A stretch of DNA of 54,851 nt from Pseudobdellovibrionaceae bacterium (GTDB taxonomy: Bacteria; Bdellovibrionota; FAC87; UBA2466), in NCBI GenBank assembly GCA_023250715.1, contig JAHFAF010000008.1, forward strand, positions 1,234-56,084. The letters run 5' to 3'. Of the stretch, positions 8,599 to 17,268 are shown in pieces; the first letter of the stretch is position 1, and each line of letters opens with the position of its first letter. Position numbers and translations under genes: made by a program. The notes beneath the pieces are model-generated. The model did not search any database. It saw only the letters and a program-made list of their open reading frames with translations, and was not told the DNA's origin.

Positions 8599-10007
8599 TT
8601 ATCCTCCAAAACACACATCAAACCAATCAGGTTTAAGCGAACATCTCCCGGGAGTTCCCTCAGACCCCACACCAGGTTTTCCTTAATCTCTCCTTTATAC
8701 CCTGGTCCGACTAAATGGCGCGGCCCAGAATCAAGGTCCAATTTTCCATTGGTTTGTGGCCATCTTCGTGGGCCCTCCTCGTTTGGAGCAACCGATATTG
8801 TTTCTTTGGCGGACCTTAAAGTATGGCGCTTTAGCTCCAAGATTTTACCTGACTCCAAATGGACCAACTTCTCGACGTCCACGTCGAAATCTACATTCAG
8901 TTGATGGGTGAGCGTACCTAGTCTAGGAGTTAAAACATTTCTTCTAAATCCCCAACCGGTGTCGACGAGAACTTCATACTGTCCAATCTTTTGATCTTTA
9001 GACTCGTATTGTGATACTAGCTCCTCTTTCCTTCTTAGTTCTTCACTGGACCAGTAATAGCCATCGGGAAGCACCTTCACGAAGTGGCTTCCGTACGATG
9101 CTACAAATTCGGCAAGCTCATTCGTGGTGGGCAGACGCCAGCCCACGGACTTTCCCCGGTCCCTACGTCGGCAATAGGCTTGGGCCGCAGAACGTGTCCA
9201 GTACCCGATGTCCAACGGGGAGATGCCGGTCATCGATCCGCTGTAAATCAGTCCGGTATGGTTGTCCTTACAACCTCTCTCCGTAGAAATAAAACGCTGT
9301 CGGGGGTCCTCGCGAAGACACCGAGTGGGTTGCATCGCTAGTAGGCCTTGGAAGTGAATGGGCGCATCTTTAATAAAATGGAATGTGGAATCGTTGGTGT
9401 CAGATGAATAGATCTCATGCTTTTCTCCATCCATGAGGCTAGTGAGAAAGGATACGAACTTCCCCTCGGCAAGCTGCGCCTCATGGTTGGAGGTGTGAAT
9501 TAAGCGGGTTTTTTGAATCTGAAGTAATTCTCGAAATACCGCTAAGCCTGCCTCTTCGCCGGAGGACTCTAACTTAGCGATGAGTTGCTGAGCCGCCTCG
9601 ATGCCAACCCTTAAATTCGCCGCGGGTTGTTTACCGGAGGAGAGAGCCAAAACAGCCTGGGGAGAAAATATTTTATACCTCTGGATAAAGTCGCTGACGG
9701 AAACTGCTTCCTCATCACCCTGATAGGTCGAGGGAGAAAACCCGTTTACATAGAGCGCTCGGCGAATTTCATCGCCCTCCATCCACCAGGCGAAATCCAC
9801 CGCAGTTGATCTGCCGGCGCGATTCAGATCCGAAACGATAAAGGCCTCCGCTCCGGCAGCCCCTATCATCGCTGCGAAGATTATCAACGTAATGAGAAAA
9901 TGCTGAAAGGTCGCAAGCGACCCCGAGGGAGCCTTTTTCATAGAGAAACTTCCATTGACGTGAATACTCTTGCTCGTGTTTGTTTCATTCATTGCCCGTT
10001 CCATCAT
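8595..10007 (-). CDS. secreted DUF1566 (Lcl C-terminal, C-type-lectin-like) domain protein
   Basis: AQAYCRRRDRGKSVGWRLPTTNELAEF...DGYYWSSEE matches the W-x-LPT-x2-EL / YWSS signature of DUF1566 as I recall it. An alternative start at 9941 (MKKAPSGSLATFQHFLITLIIFAAMIGAAGA) fits a signal peptide better. Confidence 0.8.
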   Translation of the reverse strand: MMERAMNETNTSKSIHVNGSFSMKKAPSGSLATFQHFLITLIIFAAMIGAAGAEAFIVSDLNRAGRSTAVDFAWWMEGDEIRRALYVNGFSPSTYQGDEEAVSVSDFIQRYKIFSPQAVLALSSGKQPAANLRVGIEAAQQLIAKLESSGEEAGLAVFRELLQIQKTRLIHTSNHEAQLAEGKFVSFLTSLMDGEKHEIYSSDTNDSTFHFIKDAPIHFQGLLAMQPTRCLREDPRQRFISTERGCKDNHTGLIYSGSMTGISPLDIGYWTRSAAQAYCRRRDRGKSVGWRLPTTNELAEFVASYGSHFVKVLPDGYYWSSEELRRKEELVSQYESKDQKIGQYEVLVDTGWGFRRNVLTPRLGTLTHQLNVDFDVDVEKLVHLESGKILELKRHTLRSAKETISVAPNEEGPRRWPQTNGKLDLDSGPRHLVGPGYKGEIKENLVWGLRELPGDVRLNLIGLMCVLEDK

Positions 10008-10521
10008 CCTTCGGAGACGGCTAATACCAGTTTAGAAAAGTTCGTTGTAGTCGTTCGGCTCGAAACCCTTGGCATTACGCCAACGGATGCGGCGAAAAAC
10101 GTCACCCAGAGAAATAGGGGTTCGACAGATTTCTTTTTCCACCGTTGGACATTGGAAGTTGTTGGTGGCGCTACTCAACTTTCCCCCTCATTACTAGATC
10201 TCGATATTATTGACCTGGAAATCGATCGGGATAAGCTCACTCGCCTTAAATAGACACTTGGTGCGGCACGACTTCCTCTCGGGTCACCGGAGATTCACTG
10301 AGATCCACGGATCAATGAAGCGCTTGCGGGAAGGAACTTCTCTTCTCCGGTATGCGCGATCCGGATATGCGCCGCCCATGGGGGAATAGCGCAGGCGAGT
10401 ACGAAGCCAATCTACGCCGAAGACCCGAGAACAGAGTGGAGGCAAAGCGTGCCCACTTGCCGGTTAACGTTGAAACGGTCGGCCTAAATAGCTAAGGTTT
10501 TCTTAGTTCATTTAGGAGGCC

Positions 10522-10776
10522 GTGGTGAAAATACTCTTACCGTTCTTATTACTTTTTGGTTTTGGCGCTCTGGCCGGCGAGGACGATGTTTTACCCCGCT
10601 GTGCTTATACATGCGCCAGTACTGGTTCAACTTGCTCCGTCACTTGCAAAGTGGGATATCGGGCGTGGTGTGGGAACTATTATCAGAACCGACCAGATGT
10701 TCCGTGTACAGCCCATTGCGTGTGCAGGAACGTGAGCCGACCATTTCCTCAAGGGCAGGATCCGGAGGAATTCTAG
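10522..10776 (+). CDS. small secreted cysteine-rich protein (84 aa, 8 Cys)
   Basis: GTG start 6 nt after AGGAGG. Signal peptide MVKILLPFLLLFGFGALAG. Mature part has C-x3-C-x6-C-x3-C-x7-C-x11-C-x3-C-x-C. Confidence 0.6.
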   Translation: MVKILLPFLLLFGFGALAGEDDVLPRCAYTCASTGSTCSVTCKVGYRAWCGNYYQNRPDVPCTAHCVCRNVSRPFPQGQDPEEF

Positions 10777-10834
10777 GGACCCTGGCTGCTGACGAAAAAG
10801 TCGGGCAACTGCTGATGACAAGCTAGGGAGTGGT

Positions 10835-12022
10835 ATGCGGTGTTTTTCAAGGGATCTCTTTCTAACGATACTTCTTCCGCTCGTCGGAAGTCTTTCAGTC
10901 GCGGGATCCGCCGATCCAAATCTAGGTCGCCAATTCAAATCCGAGGAGCAATCTGCCCTGCAGGTCGTTCGATCCGCTGTGAAAAATAGTCGGGTGATGA
11001 TCCTCGCCCTGACATCCCATCGTACTTTTTCTCATTATGAGTTACTCGAGCAAGTGCTGAGGGAAGAAGAGACGGTTTCCGATTTGAGGGCGATAGCCTT
11101 TGAACGTCCCAGTGAAATGGGTACGCTCTACTCTCAGCTTTTGGCGAATATTAGTCCTTCTTTTCGGCAGGACCAGAGCCAGGAGCTTCAAGAGCTAATG
11201 CTATATTGCGGTGGTCCCGATGTGAGTTACGAGATTCGTCATTTCCATCCGCTCTTAAGGATGCTCAATCATCATCGCGCTCCCGCCGCCGCGATTCGGC
11301 TTACTTCCTTCGATGGACTTCCGCTGTCCACCAATTTAGTGCTGCAGCAACGTTTAAAAGATCACAGACCCTATGACGTAGACTTAGATTGCGCGGGAGC
11401 ATCGACCGAAGCGGCTGCCTCGATAAAAGAAGAGGGAGCGTTTGCTGCACCTCTCCTTAGCGAAGACCGGGAAGAACGCACAGCCGCTAACTTTGAGAGG
11501 CAGGTATGGGGCCTTTTACAAGGAAAAGGGAAGGCTATCGTCGTCAATCACCTGGCCCATGTTATTAAGGGGTATGAATCCTGCCAGTTTTCAAAAGAGA
11601 CTGAAGAAAAATGGATGGCAAAATGGTCGACCTCGGGCTGGCTTGAACGCTTTTTTGTAAAGCACCCGGAAGCGCGTGGCCTGATTAGCACTGTAGTATT
11701 GGACAGGCGCGACCGCGATAATCCAGGCGGCGCGCTCCGACTTTCGACTCAGCTTCGTCCTCTTGCTGAGCCAGGGGGATGGGGTATCGATCTAAAGCCG
11801 TTCTTGCCGTTACTCAATGCGAACGAGCTATTTAATGAGATGTCATTTTTCGGGGATTATTTAGCGGGGTTTCATCGGCCAATGAAAAATGGTCGATTGT
11901 TTGCCGATGCGCTTATTTGGAATGACTCTGCGCCCGATGAGAAGAAGTTCGGGAAAATGGAGGACTATCTTCCCGCCCAGTGTAAAGACGCGGCTATTCG
12001 CTTTCTCCGACTGCTTAAATAA
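10835..12022 (+). CDS. secreted hypothetical protein (395 aa)
   Basis: Track ORF with signal peptide MRCFSRDLFLTILLPLVGSLSVAGSA. A truncated paralog of its N-terminus lies at 23193-23333. Confidence 0.75.
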   Translation: MRCFSRDLFLTILLPLVGSLSVAGSADPNLGRQFKSEEQSALQVVRSAVKNSRVMILALTSHRTFSHYELLEQVLREEETVSDLRAIAFERPSEMGTLYSQLLANISPSFRQDQSQELQELMLYCGGPDVSYEIRHFHPLLRMLNHHRAPAAAIRLTSFDGLPLSTNLVLQQRLKDHRPYDVDLDCAGASTEAAASIKEEGAFAAPLLSEDREERTAANFERQVWGLLQGKGKAIVVNHLAHVIKGYESCQFSKETEEKWMAKWSTSGWLERFFVKHPEARGLISTVVLDRRDRDNPGGALRLSTQLRPLAEPGGWGIDLKPFLPLLNANELFNEMSFFGDYLAGFHRPMKNGRLFADALIWNDSAPDEKKFGKMEDYLPAQCKDAAIRFLRLLK

Positions 12023-12203
12023 ATTCTGTCGCATTTCACGCGCAGAAACTATCTCCAGCCAAGCGAAAGCGATCAGACTCAACTTTCGGTCAAGCCTTGG
12101 CAAGGGCTGCCATCGCTCTTCTTTCAAAGGGCGAAATTCGAATTCACTCCTGACGGTCTCGACCATAAAATTTGCTCTATCTTATTTTCTACACGGGGGA
12201 TGC

Positions 12204-12953
12204 ATGAAGCTTCATTTTATTTTGGCGGTCGGGCTTTTCGGTCAAGTCTTGTTGGGGAGTCCGCTGGATGGCTACTGGGAAGGTATTTGGGAGCTCAGTG
12301 GTCTTGCACCTCACTACAAGACCGTCCTGAATATTCAAGGCGACAGCTTTTCCAGTCATCTCGTTTTAGGAATGCACAACGGAAGCCATCGGAAATATAG
12401 TTTCAAGGTCCTAGATGAAAATAGAATTGAGCTAACTACCGCGCAGGGCGGCAAGCGAATAGTCCGATACGAACGGAAAGGTGAGAATGAGTTTGAGACT
12501 AAGTTCTGGGGGAACGGAGCGCCGATCGTTTACCGAAGAATCGATCAGCTCCCGCCTATGAAAACCGGCTTACACGGCATTCCGAAGATCGCCCCCATAC
12601 GTTACCGATTTACTTGTGGGGATCTCGTCAAACGAGGCGAATTGGTCGCAACGTTTTTTCCAAATTATTATGAAGTGACCTATTCTAAGTTCACCGATTT
12701 TCCAATGGTATTCGACGAGACCCCCTCTAATCCGGTATGTGCCGAAGCGATCTCGGCCTACGTGGGGACTTATCTTCAGAAGGAGGATGCGGAAAAGGTA
12801 GAGAGCTATAATGCTACCATCACGTTATTGAACATGCCCTCCCATATCAACCTTGGAATGAGTAAGGTTTTTGCACTCGATGGAGGATCCTACTCGTTCG
12901 AGAGCACTTACCAGGGCACCCAAATCGGTTTTTCGTTTGAAATAGAGCAGTAG
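12204..12953 (+). CDS. secreted hypothetical protein (249 aa)
   Basis: The in-frame ATG at 12204 gives signal peptide MKLHFILAVGLFGQVLLG. The 105 codons upstream in the track ORF (from 11889) overlap the previous gene and do not look protein-like. Confidence 0.75.
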   Translation: MKLHFILAVGLFGQVLLGSPLDGYWEGIWELSGLAPHYKTVLNIQGDSFSSHLVLGMHNGSHRKYSFKVLDENRIELTTAQGGKRIVRYERKGENEFETKFWGNGAPIVYRRIDQLPPMKTGLHGIPKIAPIRYRFTCGDLVKRGELVATFFPNYYEVTYSKFTDFPMVFDETPSNPVCAEAISAYVGTYLQKEDAEKVESYNATITLLNMPSHINLGMSKVFALDGGSYSFESTYQGTQIGFSFEIEQ

Positions 12954-12984
12954 GCTGTCGCTTGGACCAACATCACACACGGCC

Positions 12985-13224
12985 CTACCGTGCGAGTTCA
13001 AAACCCGAGAGGCCCCGGAGGGTAGTCAGGTAGACGGGTGAATAGTCAAACCTAGCATGAAGGGCCACCATCGCGGCGCGCGCTTCTTCCATTGTGTTGC
13101 CGAGGTCTATACCTTCCCATTGGAATATATTTCTGGCGCCTTTCGACTTCGAAAGAAGGTAGACCGCCTTCGTCGCCAAGTCATAGTCTTTCGCCTCCAT
13201 GGCTTGATACCCCATACGGAGCAA
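12985..13224 (-). CDS. possible small protein (79 aa), uncertain
   Basis: Protein-like composition (MEAKDYDLATKAVYLLSKSKGARNIFQWEG...). TTG start with GGGAGG about 10 nt upstream. However, the start is only 3 nt from the divergent start at 13228. Confidence 0.3.
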   Translation of the reverse strand: MLRMGYQAMEAKDYDLATKAVYLLSKSKGARNIFQWEGIDLGNTMEEARAAMVALHARFDYSPVYLTTLRGLSGFELAR

Positions 13225-13227
13225 TTC

Positions 13228-14187
13228 ATGGTCGCCTCCCGTGTATTGACGCCCGAAATGGAAAACGAAAGCCGTGAATATATCGCGCAGAAATTGGCAA
13301 TGTCTGAGCTAAGCCCCGCCAAGTGGGTGAGGGCGGCGCGACTTCTGGAGAATCCTGGAGAGATCAGTGCACAGTTGGCGTATTACCTGGCGCTTGCTCA
13401 CCGAACTGTCCGTGAAAAGGGCAACGAGCCTGAAGTGGCGCGGTCCTTGGATATTGCAGTAAGCCGCTTGCCTCTTAACAACGTTCTCCCTGATACCTTG
13501 CGATTGTTGGAGGCTGCATTAGGTAGAGGCTATCTTTCACTTCAAAAGGGAGAGTCTCTTCCATCGAACCTCCGTAGGAAGCAGCAGTATAGGAACGACC
13601 AAGAAGTGCAGCAGGCCGCTCGGAGTTTGTGGCCATTGGTTCGGCACGCGCCATCTCCCAGTCTATGCCGCAAAGTGGCCTCGCTTCTTACGTTGCCGAT
13701 TCGCACGCTCAAAGTCGCGGCGGTAACCGTGCCGCTTGCCGGGTGGGGATTACACCATCTTATTTCCAACGAAATCGGTCGGGAAAGGGAAGCCCCCGTT
13801 CCCGACGTGCTCTACCTCCCGCTCGAAGCCATTGCGAAGGATTCCGCGAACCGCAAAACAACTCTCCTCGCCGCCGCCCGTGAGCTTCGCCAGCGGTTTA
13901 CTAATGAGGAAAACAAAATCGACTTGAAAAAGTATTGGAAAACGTTGAGAAGTCTAAAATCAGACGACGACCCGGAGGTAGAACGAATCGCGGCTCGCCA
14001 TCATATCACCGGTGAGCTGTTTGAAAGCCATGCCGCTTTTGCGAAGTACTTCGGCGGGTGGGTGATAAACCGCAATCGTCAGCTCGATGAATTATTCGCG
14101 GATCTACTGGATCATGACCTTCAGCGCCGCTTGGATTCCGGAGAGGCTTCCGGACTGGTTTTAGCGGATTTGGTTTACGGTCAGTGA
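13228..14187 (+). CDS. cytoplasmic hypothetical protein (about 319 aa)
   Basis: ATG at 13228 with GGAG 6 nt upstream. The portion of the track ORF upstream of it (13057-13227) is R/H/F-rich and overlaps the minus-strand ORF. No signal peptide. Confidence 0.65.
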   Translation: MVASRVLTPEMENESREYIAQKLAMSELSPAKWVRAARLLENPGEISAQLAYYLALAHRTVREKGNEPEVARSLDIAVSRLPLNNVLPDTLRLLEAALGRGYLSLQKGESLPSNLRRKQQYRNDQEVQQAARSLWPLVRHAPSPSLCRKVASLLTLPIRTLKVAAVTVPLAGWGLHHLISNEIGREREAPVPDVLYLPLEAIAKDSANRKTTLLAAARELRQRFTNEENKIDLKKYWKTLRSLKSDDDPEVERIAARHHITGELFESHAAFAKYFGGWVINRNRQLDELFADLLDHDLQRRLDSGEASGLVLADLVYGQ

Positions 14188-15288
14188 CTGCGGGGCTCGC
14201 CGGTGCACCTCCTCGGCACGAATCCATTCTTCCCAGCTCGGGAGAATTTCCGCCGCGAGGGGGATCTCCCTCGGATGTCCGAAAGTCCCGCGTAGGGGCA
14301 AGGATATCAATGCGCAATCAATGGCGCTCATCCCGTTGCCCCGGCCCAAGAGGTTTCGGCACAGGCTTGATTCGTCCACCGCCATGTTCAGGCGCTCTTT
14401 CGCCGCGGTACCGGGATAAGCGCTCGGGCCTCCCCCGTGGCAACGGTAGCAGTCGCGGTTGGCGATCACGGGAAGTACTTCTTTTCGGAATCTCTCCCAT
14501 TCATGGCAGTCGAAGGCGTCAGTTGGGGAAAGCGTTTGAATCCCGATGGCCAGCGTATCCTCGTCGCGGTCCTTCGCCACGCGCAGGGTCGTGGTCGAAA
14601 TGAGTGGGGAATCCTGGGGCGCGACTCGCGCGCGCACTCGTTGCCAGCTGTTCGCCCCCGCTTGCCATCTTCCGTTTACCGCGATCGAGAGGCCTTGAAT
14701 TTTGACTCCCGTTTTTTTCGTCATGAGCCGGGGCTGATCGAGTACGTAGGCCCCTTCTTCGTAGCGCGCTCGTAATTCTAATTTGGCTCCGGTGATTTCG
14801 GGTACCTGCGATGCCAAGGGATAGGAGAGTACACGCGGGATCTCGTCGGTGGGGAGAGCCAGAGGGGCGGTCACCACGTTTCCAAAATTAGGACACTCCT
14901 TTTGCCCCTGCTCCCACCACGTTTTTAACTGCTCCTCGATGACCGCTTCCGTGCTAGTGCACGTTCCCCCGTGATCGTGGCAATGACCATTCCCCCCTTT
15001 TTTCACGAGATAGGATTTGGGAATGTCCGACCAGTTTACGTAGGCGATGATTCTCTGGAGCGATGTCTCGGGATCGGAAACGGAGTGGGGTTTGTCGGCG
15101 AGACCACCGGTATCGTGGCAAGGAAGACAGTCTTTGCGAAGATGGGCGTGGAGAGTGTTTTGGTAGGCTTGTAGCCCTTTATGGCATGGGGGCGCTTCGC
15201 GCATCACGATTTTGGTGGGCGCTAGGGCGAAGAGTCCCAGAAAGAAATGCCCGGCCTTGCGTTTCATAGTCCAATCTCTTCTATTCAT
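14161..15288 (-). CDS. exported protein with two CxxCH motifs (putative c-type haem-binding)
   Basis: Motifs CLPCH and CYRCH, plus GHCHDHGGTC. Hydrophobic N-terminus after the alternative start at 15267 (MKRKAGHFFLGLFALAP). It lies 6 nt downstream of the RCC1 gene. Confidence 0.75.
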   Translation of the reverse strand: MNRRDWTMKRKAGHFFLGLFALAPTKIVMREAPPCHKGLQAYQNTLHAHLRKDCLPCHDTGGLADKPHSVSDPETSLQRIIAYVNWSDIPKSYLVKKGGNGHCHDHGGTCTSTEAVIEEQLKTWWEQGQKECPNFGNVVTAPLALPTDEIPRVLSYPLASQVPEITGAKLELRARYEEGAYVLDQPRLMTKKTGVKIQGLSIAVNGRWQAGANSWQRVRARVAPQDSPLISTTTLRVAKDRDEDTLAIGIQTLSPTDAFDCHEWERFRKEVLPVIANRDCYRCHGGGPSAYPGTAAKERLNMAVDESSLCRNLLGRGNGMSAIDCALISLPLRGTFGHPREIPLAAEILPSWEEWIRAEEVHRRAPQSLTVNQIR

Positions 15289-15294
15289 CGGTGC

Positions 15295-16656
15295 CTAAGG
15301 GAGTTGAACCGATTTTAAGTTATTTGCCATATGGAAAGGTAACGTTCCGACGGTGGTAAGTGAGGAAGTTCCCCCTAATTGTCCGTAGACATTGCCTCCC
15401 CAACACTTTAAATCCGAACTCTCTAGTAGCGCGCAACTCGAAACGGAACCTAAGGCGAGTTGCTTCACTCGGTAATGGGCGCCCAAATCCACGAAGGGAA
15501 GTTCCCGTCCCATCTGCTCACTCTTGGTGCCGCGGTTAAGACTATCTCCAAGCCCCAATTGCCCAACGCTATTTTTTCCCCAACACTTAAGCGCTCCATT
15601 TCCCATGACCGCGCAACAATGCGCCGCCCCGCAGGCGATGTCTTTCGCCGCGAGCCCCGGCTCGACTTCCACGATCGGTAAATTTTCGCCCATCTCACTC
15701 GCTTCGTCCCCGACGATTATGTTTTCGACTTGCCCCTGACCCAGAACTCCTCCGCTGTTTCTCCCCCAGCACTTTACGACCCCCTCATTGGACAAAGCGC
15801 ACACGGCTCTTTCCGCACAAGCGATTTTCTTAACCGTGAAACCGTTTCCTAAATCCACCGGGTGCAGAGACTTCATCTCGGCTTCCTCTTTTCCGATGGA
15901 GGCTTTGCCGCCACTTCCGATAGAGTCCGCGTTCCCCCAACACTTAACCCGGCCGGAGGCAAGCAGCGCGCAAGTATAGGCCCGTCCCGCGCAGGCCGCC
16001 GCGGCGGATTCCTCTCCGAGAATCGCTGACGCCAAAGCCTCGCCCATGTGCGCGGGAGAGGAGCCGACTTGCGGACTCGCATTTCCGATACCTAACTCCC
16101 CGTCCGTATTGCTTCCGAAACAAAAGAGGCGTCCTGCCTCCGATAAAAGACAAGAATGGGTTTCTCCCAGTACAAATGTTTTCACCTTGTGGGAGCCGAG
16201 AGAAAGTGCCGGCGCGTTTGGAAGGACTTCCGTTGGTGTCGCCCCAAACATTGCGGCCGTCTTGCCCAATCCCAGCTGGCCGAATTCATTGTTTCCCACG
16301 CATTTCGCTTGCCCATTTTCAAAGAGGAGGCAGCTTTGATCCCGGCGCGCGCCTACGGACACGACCTTTTCATCGAGGAGAATTTCGGTGGGGACATGAC
16401 GAGTGCTTATGTCCCCAAGCCCTAGCTGACCGTAGCGATTTGCCCCCCACAGAAAGATTCGACCCTCTTCGGTCAAGAGAATCGCATGGATTCCCCCTGC
16501 GGATATTCCCCGGATGTTGTTTGCGGCCTCGGCGCCCGGAATACAAGAAAGCAAATGAAGGAGAAATAAAAAAAGCAAAGCCCCGCTCCCGGAAAAACTG
16601 CACTTAGGGAAATTCTGTATCGATTCTTTCCGTTGTAAATGAAATTGGTGTGACAC
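15295..16656 (-). CDS. secreted RCC1 repeat protein (453 aa)
   Basis: Classical RCC1 blades (WGANRYGQLGLGD, GNNEFGQLGLG, FGSNTDGELGIG, CWGRNSGGVLGQG, CWGKNSVGQLGLGD, CWGGNVYGQLG). Signal peptide ALLFLFLLHLLSCIPGAEA. Confidence 0.9.
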   Translation of the reverse strand: MSHQFHLQRKESIQNFPKCSFSGSGALLFLFLLHLLSCIPGAEAANNIRGISAGGIHAILLTEEGRIFLWGANRYGQLGLGDISTRHVPTEILLDEKVVSVGARRDQSCLLFENGQAKCVGNNEFGQLGLGKTAAMFGATPTEVLPNAPALSLGSHKVKTFVLGETHSCLLSEAGRLFCFGSNTDGELGIGNASPQVGSSPAHMGEALASAILGEESAAAACAGRAYTCALLASGRVKCWGNADSIGSGGKASIGKEEAEMKSLHPVDLGNGFTVKKIACAERAVCALSNEGVVKCWGRNSGGVLGQGQVENIIVGDEASEMGENLPIVEVEPGLAAKDIACGAAHCCAVMGNGALKCWGKNSVGQLGLGDSLNRGTKSEQMGRELPFVDLGAHYRVKQLALGSVSSCALLESSDLKCWGGNVYGQLGGTSSLTTVGTLPFHMANNLKSVQLP

Positions 16657-16777
16657 CCAGTTTCATTTCCCGTGTGACTCTTGGCAGAATTGGCCAACGA
16701 ACAAACTGATCTCGCTCGAATTCTAGGACAGGAAAAATGTGTGCCCGGTAAAATTAAACGTTCTCTGGGGAGGAACG

Positions 16778-17134
16778 ATGAAACGTTTCCTGTTTTTGGT
16801 TTTGATAGGTGGGATCTTTTCTTGTGGAAAAAGTGAGCTAGCGATGGATCATGTATCGAATTCCTCCAACCAACCGAAAGAAACCTACGAATGGCTCGCC
16901 GCAAATGTATTTCTACCCTCATGCGTTGGTTGTCATGAGCCGGGGGCCTCCAATGGTGTGGACCTGACATCGAGAGAAGGGCTTTTAGATTCGGATGTGG
17001 TCACGTTTTACGACTTGGGAAGGAGTTCACTCTACCAATCCGTGGCTACCGGAAAAATGCCCAAGAAGGCTTCGAAACTTAGCGCGGAAAAGATCGCCGC
17101 GATCGCGGATTGGATTCTCGCCGGGGCGCCTTAG
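16778..17134 (+). CDS. lipoprotein with PSCyt1-like (planctomycete cytochrome c) CxxCH domain (118 aa)
   Basis: ATG at 16778 after GGGGAGGA. Lipobox in MKRFLFLVLIGGIFSCG. CVGCHEPGASNGVDLTS...GKMPKK..LSAEKIAAIADWILAGAP matches the PSCyt1 pattern as I recall it. Confidence 0.8.
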   Translation: MKRFLFLVLIGGIFSCGKSELAMDHVSNSSNQPKETYEWLAANVFLPSCVGCHEPGASNGVDLTSREGLLDSDVVTFYDLGRSSLYQSVATGKMPKKASKLSAEKIAAIADWILAGAP

Positions 17135-17268
17135 GCTTCATCTTTTGACGAGTAGATTTTCGTGATTTCTCTCCGTGGTTGCCAACGCTGCCAATAGATA
17201 AATTCATCTGATGTTGAAAAACGCCCCCGGTGCCCAGATGATTCAAATCATTTCTTACTTGGGGGGCG

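Noticed and set aside
10008-10521. 514-bp non-coding gap inspected for a riboswitch, including a GAGGCAAAGCG string vaguely like the c-di-GMP-I (GEMM) core; also ORF 9900-10253
   Set aside because: I could not build the two-hairpin GEMM architecture or any other known RNA motif. The ORF overlaps the 8595-10007 gene and lacks an SD. An Rfam/Infernal scan would settle it.
11889-12203. 105-codon extension of the 12204-12953 gene
   Set aside because: It overlaps the end of 10835-12022 and is R/S/F-rich. The signal peptide begins at 12204.
16681-16697. TTGGCAGAATTGGCCAA as a sigma-54 promoter
   Set aside because: The GG-to-GC spacing is 8 nt, not 10. It is better described as a short TTGGC-N7-GCCAA inverted repeat of unknown meaning.
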